18,209 nucleotides of DNA. Origin: an uncultured Phycisphaerales bacterium. GTDB taxonomy: Bacteria > Planctomycetota > Phycisphaerae > Phycisphaerales > SM1A02. Below, piece by piece: positions 18,032 through 18,209 of this stretch. How positions within the stretch are numbered: position 1 is the first letter of the stretch; each line of letters starts with the position of its first letter. Position numbers and translations under genes: made by a program. The stretch spans positions 1 through 18,209 of the forward strand of contig CALKEP010000062.1 of assembly GCA_938084645.1 (NCBI GenBank). The letters run 5' to 3'. The notes beneath the pieces are model-generated. The model saw only the letters and a list, made by a program, of their open reading frames with translations. It made no database searches and was not told the DNA's origin.

Positions 18032-18209
18032 ATGCCAACGCCTGAACCCATTTTGATGGTCACTCCCGAGGACGTCGTCGAATCGCCCTTCCCGCACGTC
18101 TTCAAGGAGCCGTTCGTGAGGCCGGATCTGTTCGCGAGGCTGAAGGCGGAATTCCCGAAGGACGACTACTTCGATCGCAATACCTCGCTCGGAGGCCGGG
18201 CCGGCCGAG
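18032..18209 (+). CDS. 5' end of a probable 2OG-Fe(II) oxygenase-family protein (runs off the right edge)
   Basis: Read by hand: MPTPEPILMVTPEDVVESPFPHVFKEPFVRPDLFARLKAEFPKDDYFDRNTSLGGRAGR; SD AGGA 8 nt upstream. The PFPH...L...FP pattern resembles the N-terminus of prolyl-hydroxylase-like 2OG-Fe(II) oxygenases. The catalytic HxD is not in the window. Confidence 0.6.
   Translation, partial: MPTPEPILMVTPEDVVESPFPHVFKEPFVRPDLFARLKAEFPKDDYFDRNTSLGGRAGR

Noticed and set aside
17975..18036. GGCAAA...CAAAGC...CTAGG, loosely like a c-di-GMP-I riboswitch
   Set aside because: No GNRA-capped stem, no GACGC, and no second pairing arm. An Infernal search with the c-di-GMP-I model would settle it.
17749..18105. 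Short ORFs 17749-18021 (+) and 17863-18105 (-)
   Set aside because: No motifs and atypical composition; the minus one overlaps the better-supported gene starting at 18032.

Overview
GC-rich bacterial chromosomal window. The protein sequences and gene order resemble Planctomycetota, probably Phycisphaerae (inference). Most of it is a minus-strand flagellar export/regulation cluster, in transcription order: lipid kinase (DAGK/YegS family), fliL-like, fliN, fliO, fliP, fliQ, fliR, flhB, flhA, flhF, flhG, a 2-TM FlgV-like gene and fliA (sigma-28). After a strong hairpin comes the 5' end of a secreted-protein gene at the left edge. Divergently, the plus strand carries bamD-like TPR, lptE-like lipoprotein and ftsH, then an AT-richer spacer and the start of a probable 2OG-Fe(II) oxygenase at the right edge. 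I found no mobile element, CRISPR array, tRNA or rRNA, and no clearly new multi-gene system. The most interesting details are: flhA apparently needs a CTG start codon; FliA has a histone-H1-like basic repeat tail; the region downstream of fliA is densely structured (perfect sigma-28 -10 box, palindrome over a sigma-70 -35, three CGGTT-bearing hairpins); the BamD-like protein lacks a lipobox; FliO and FlhF have very long disordered linkers; and ATCAAAG repeats precede the last gene.
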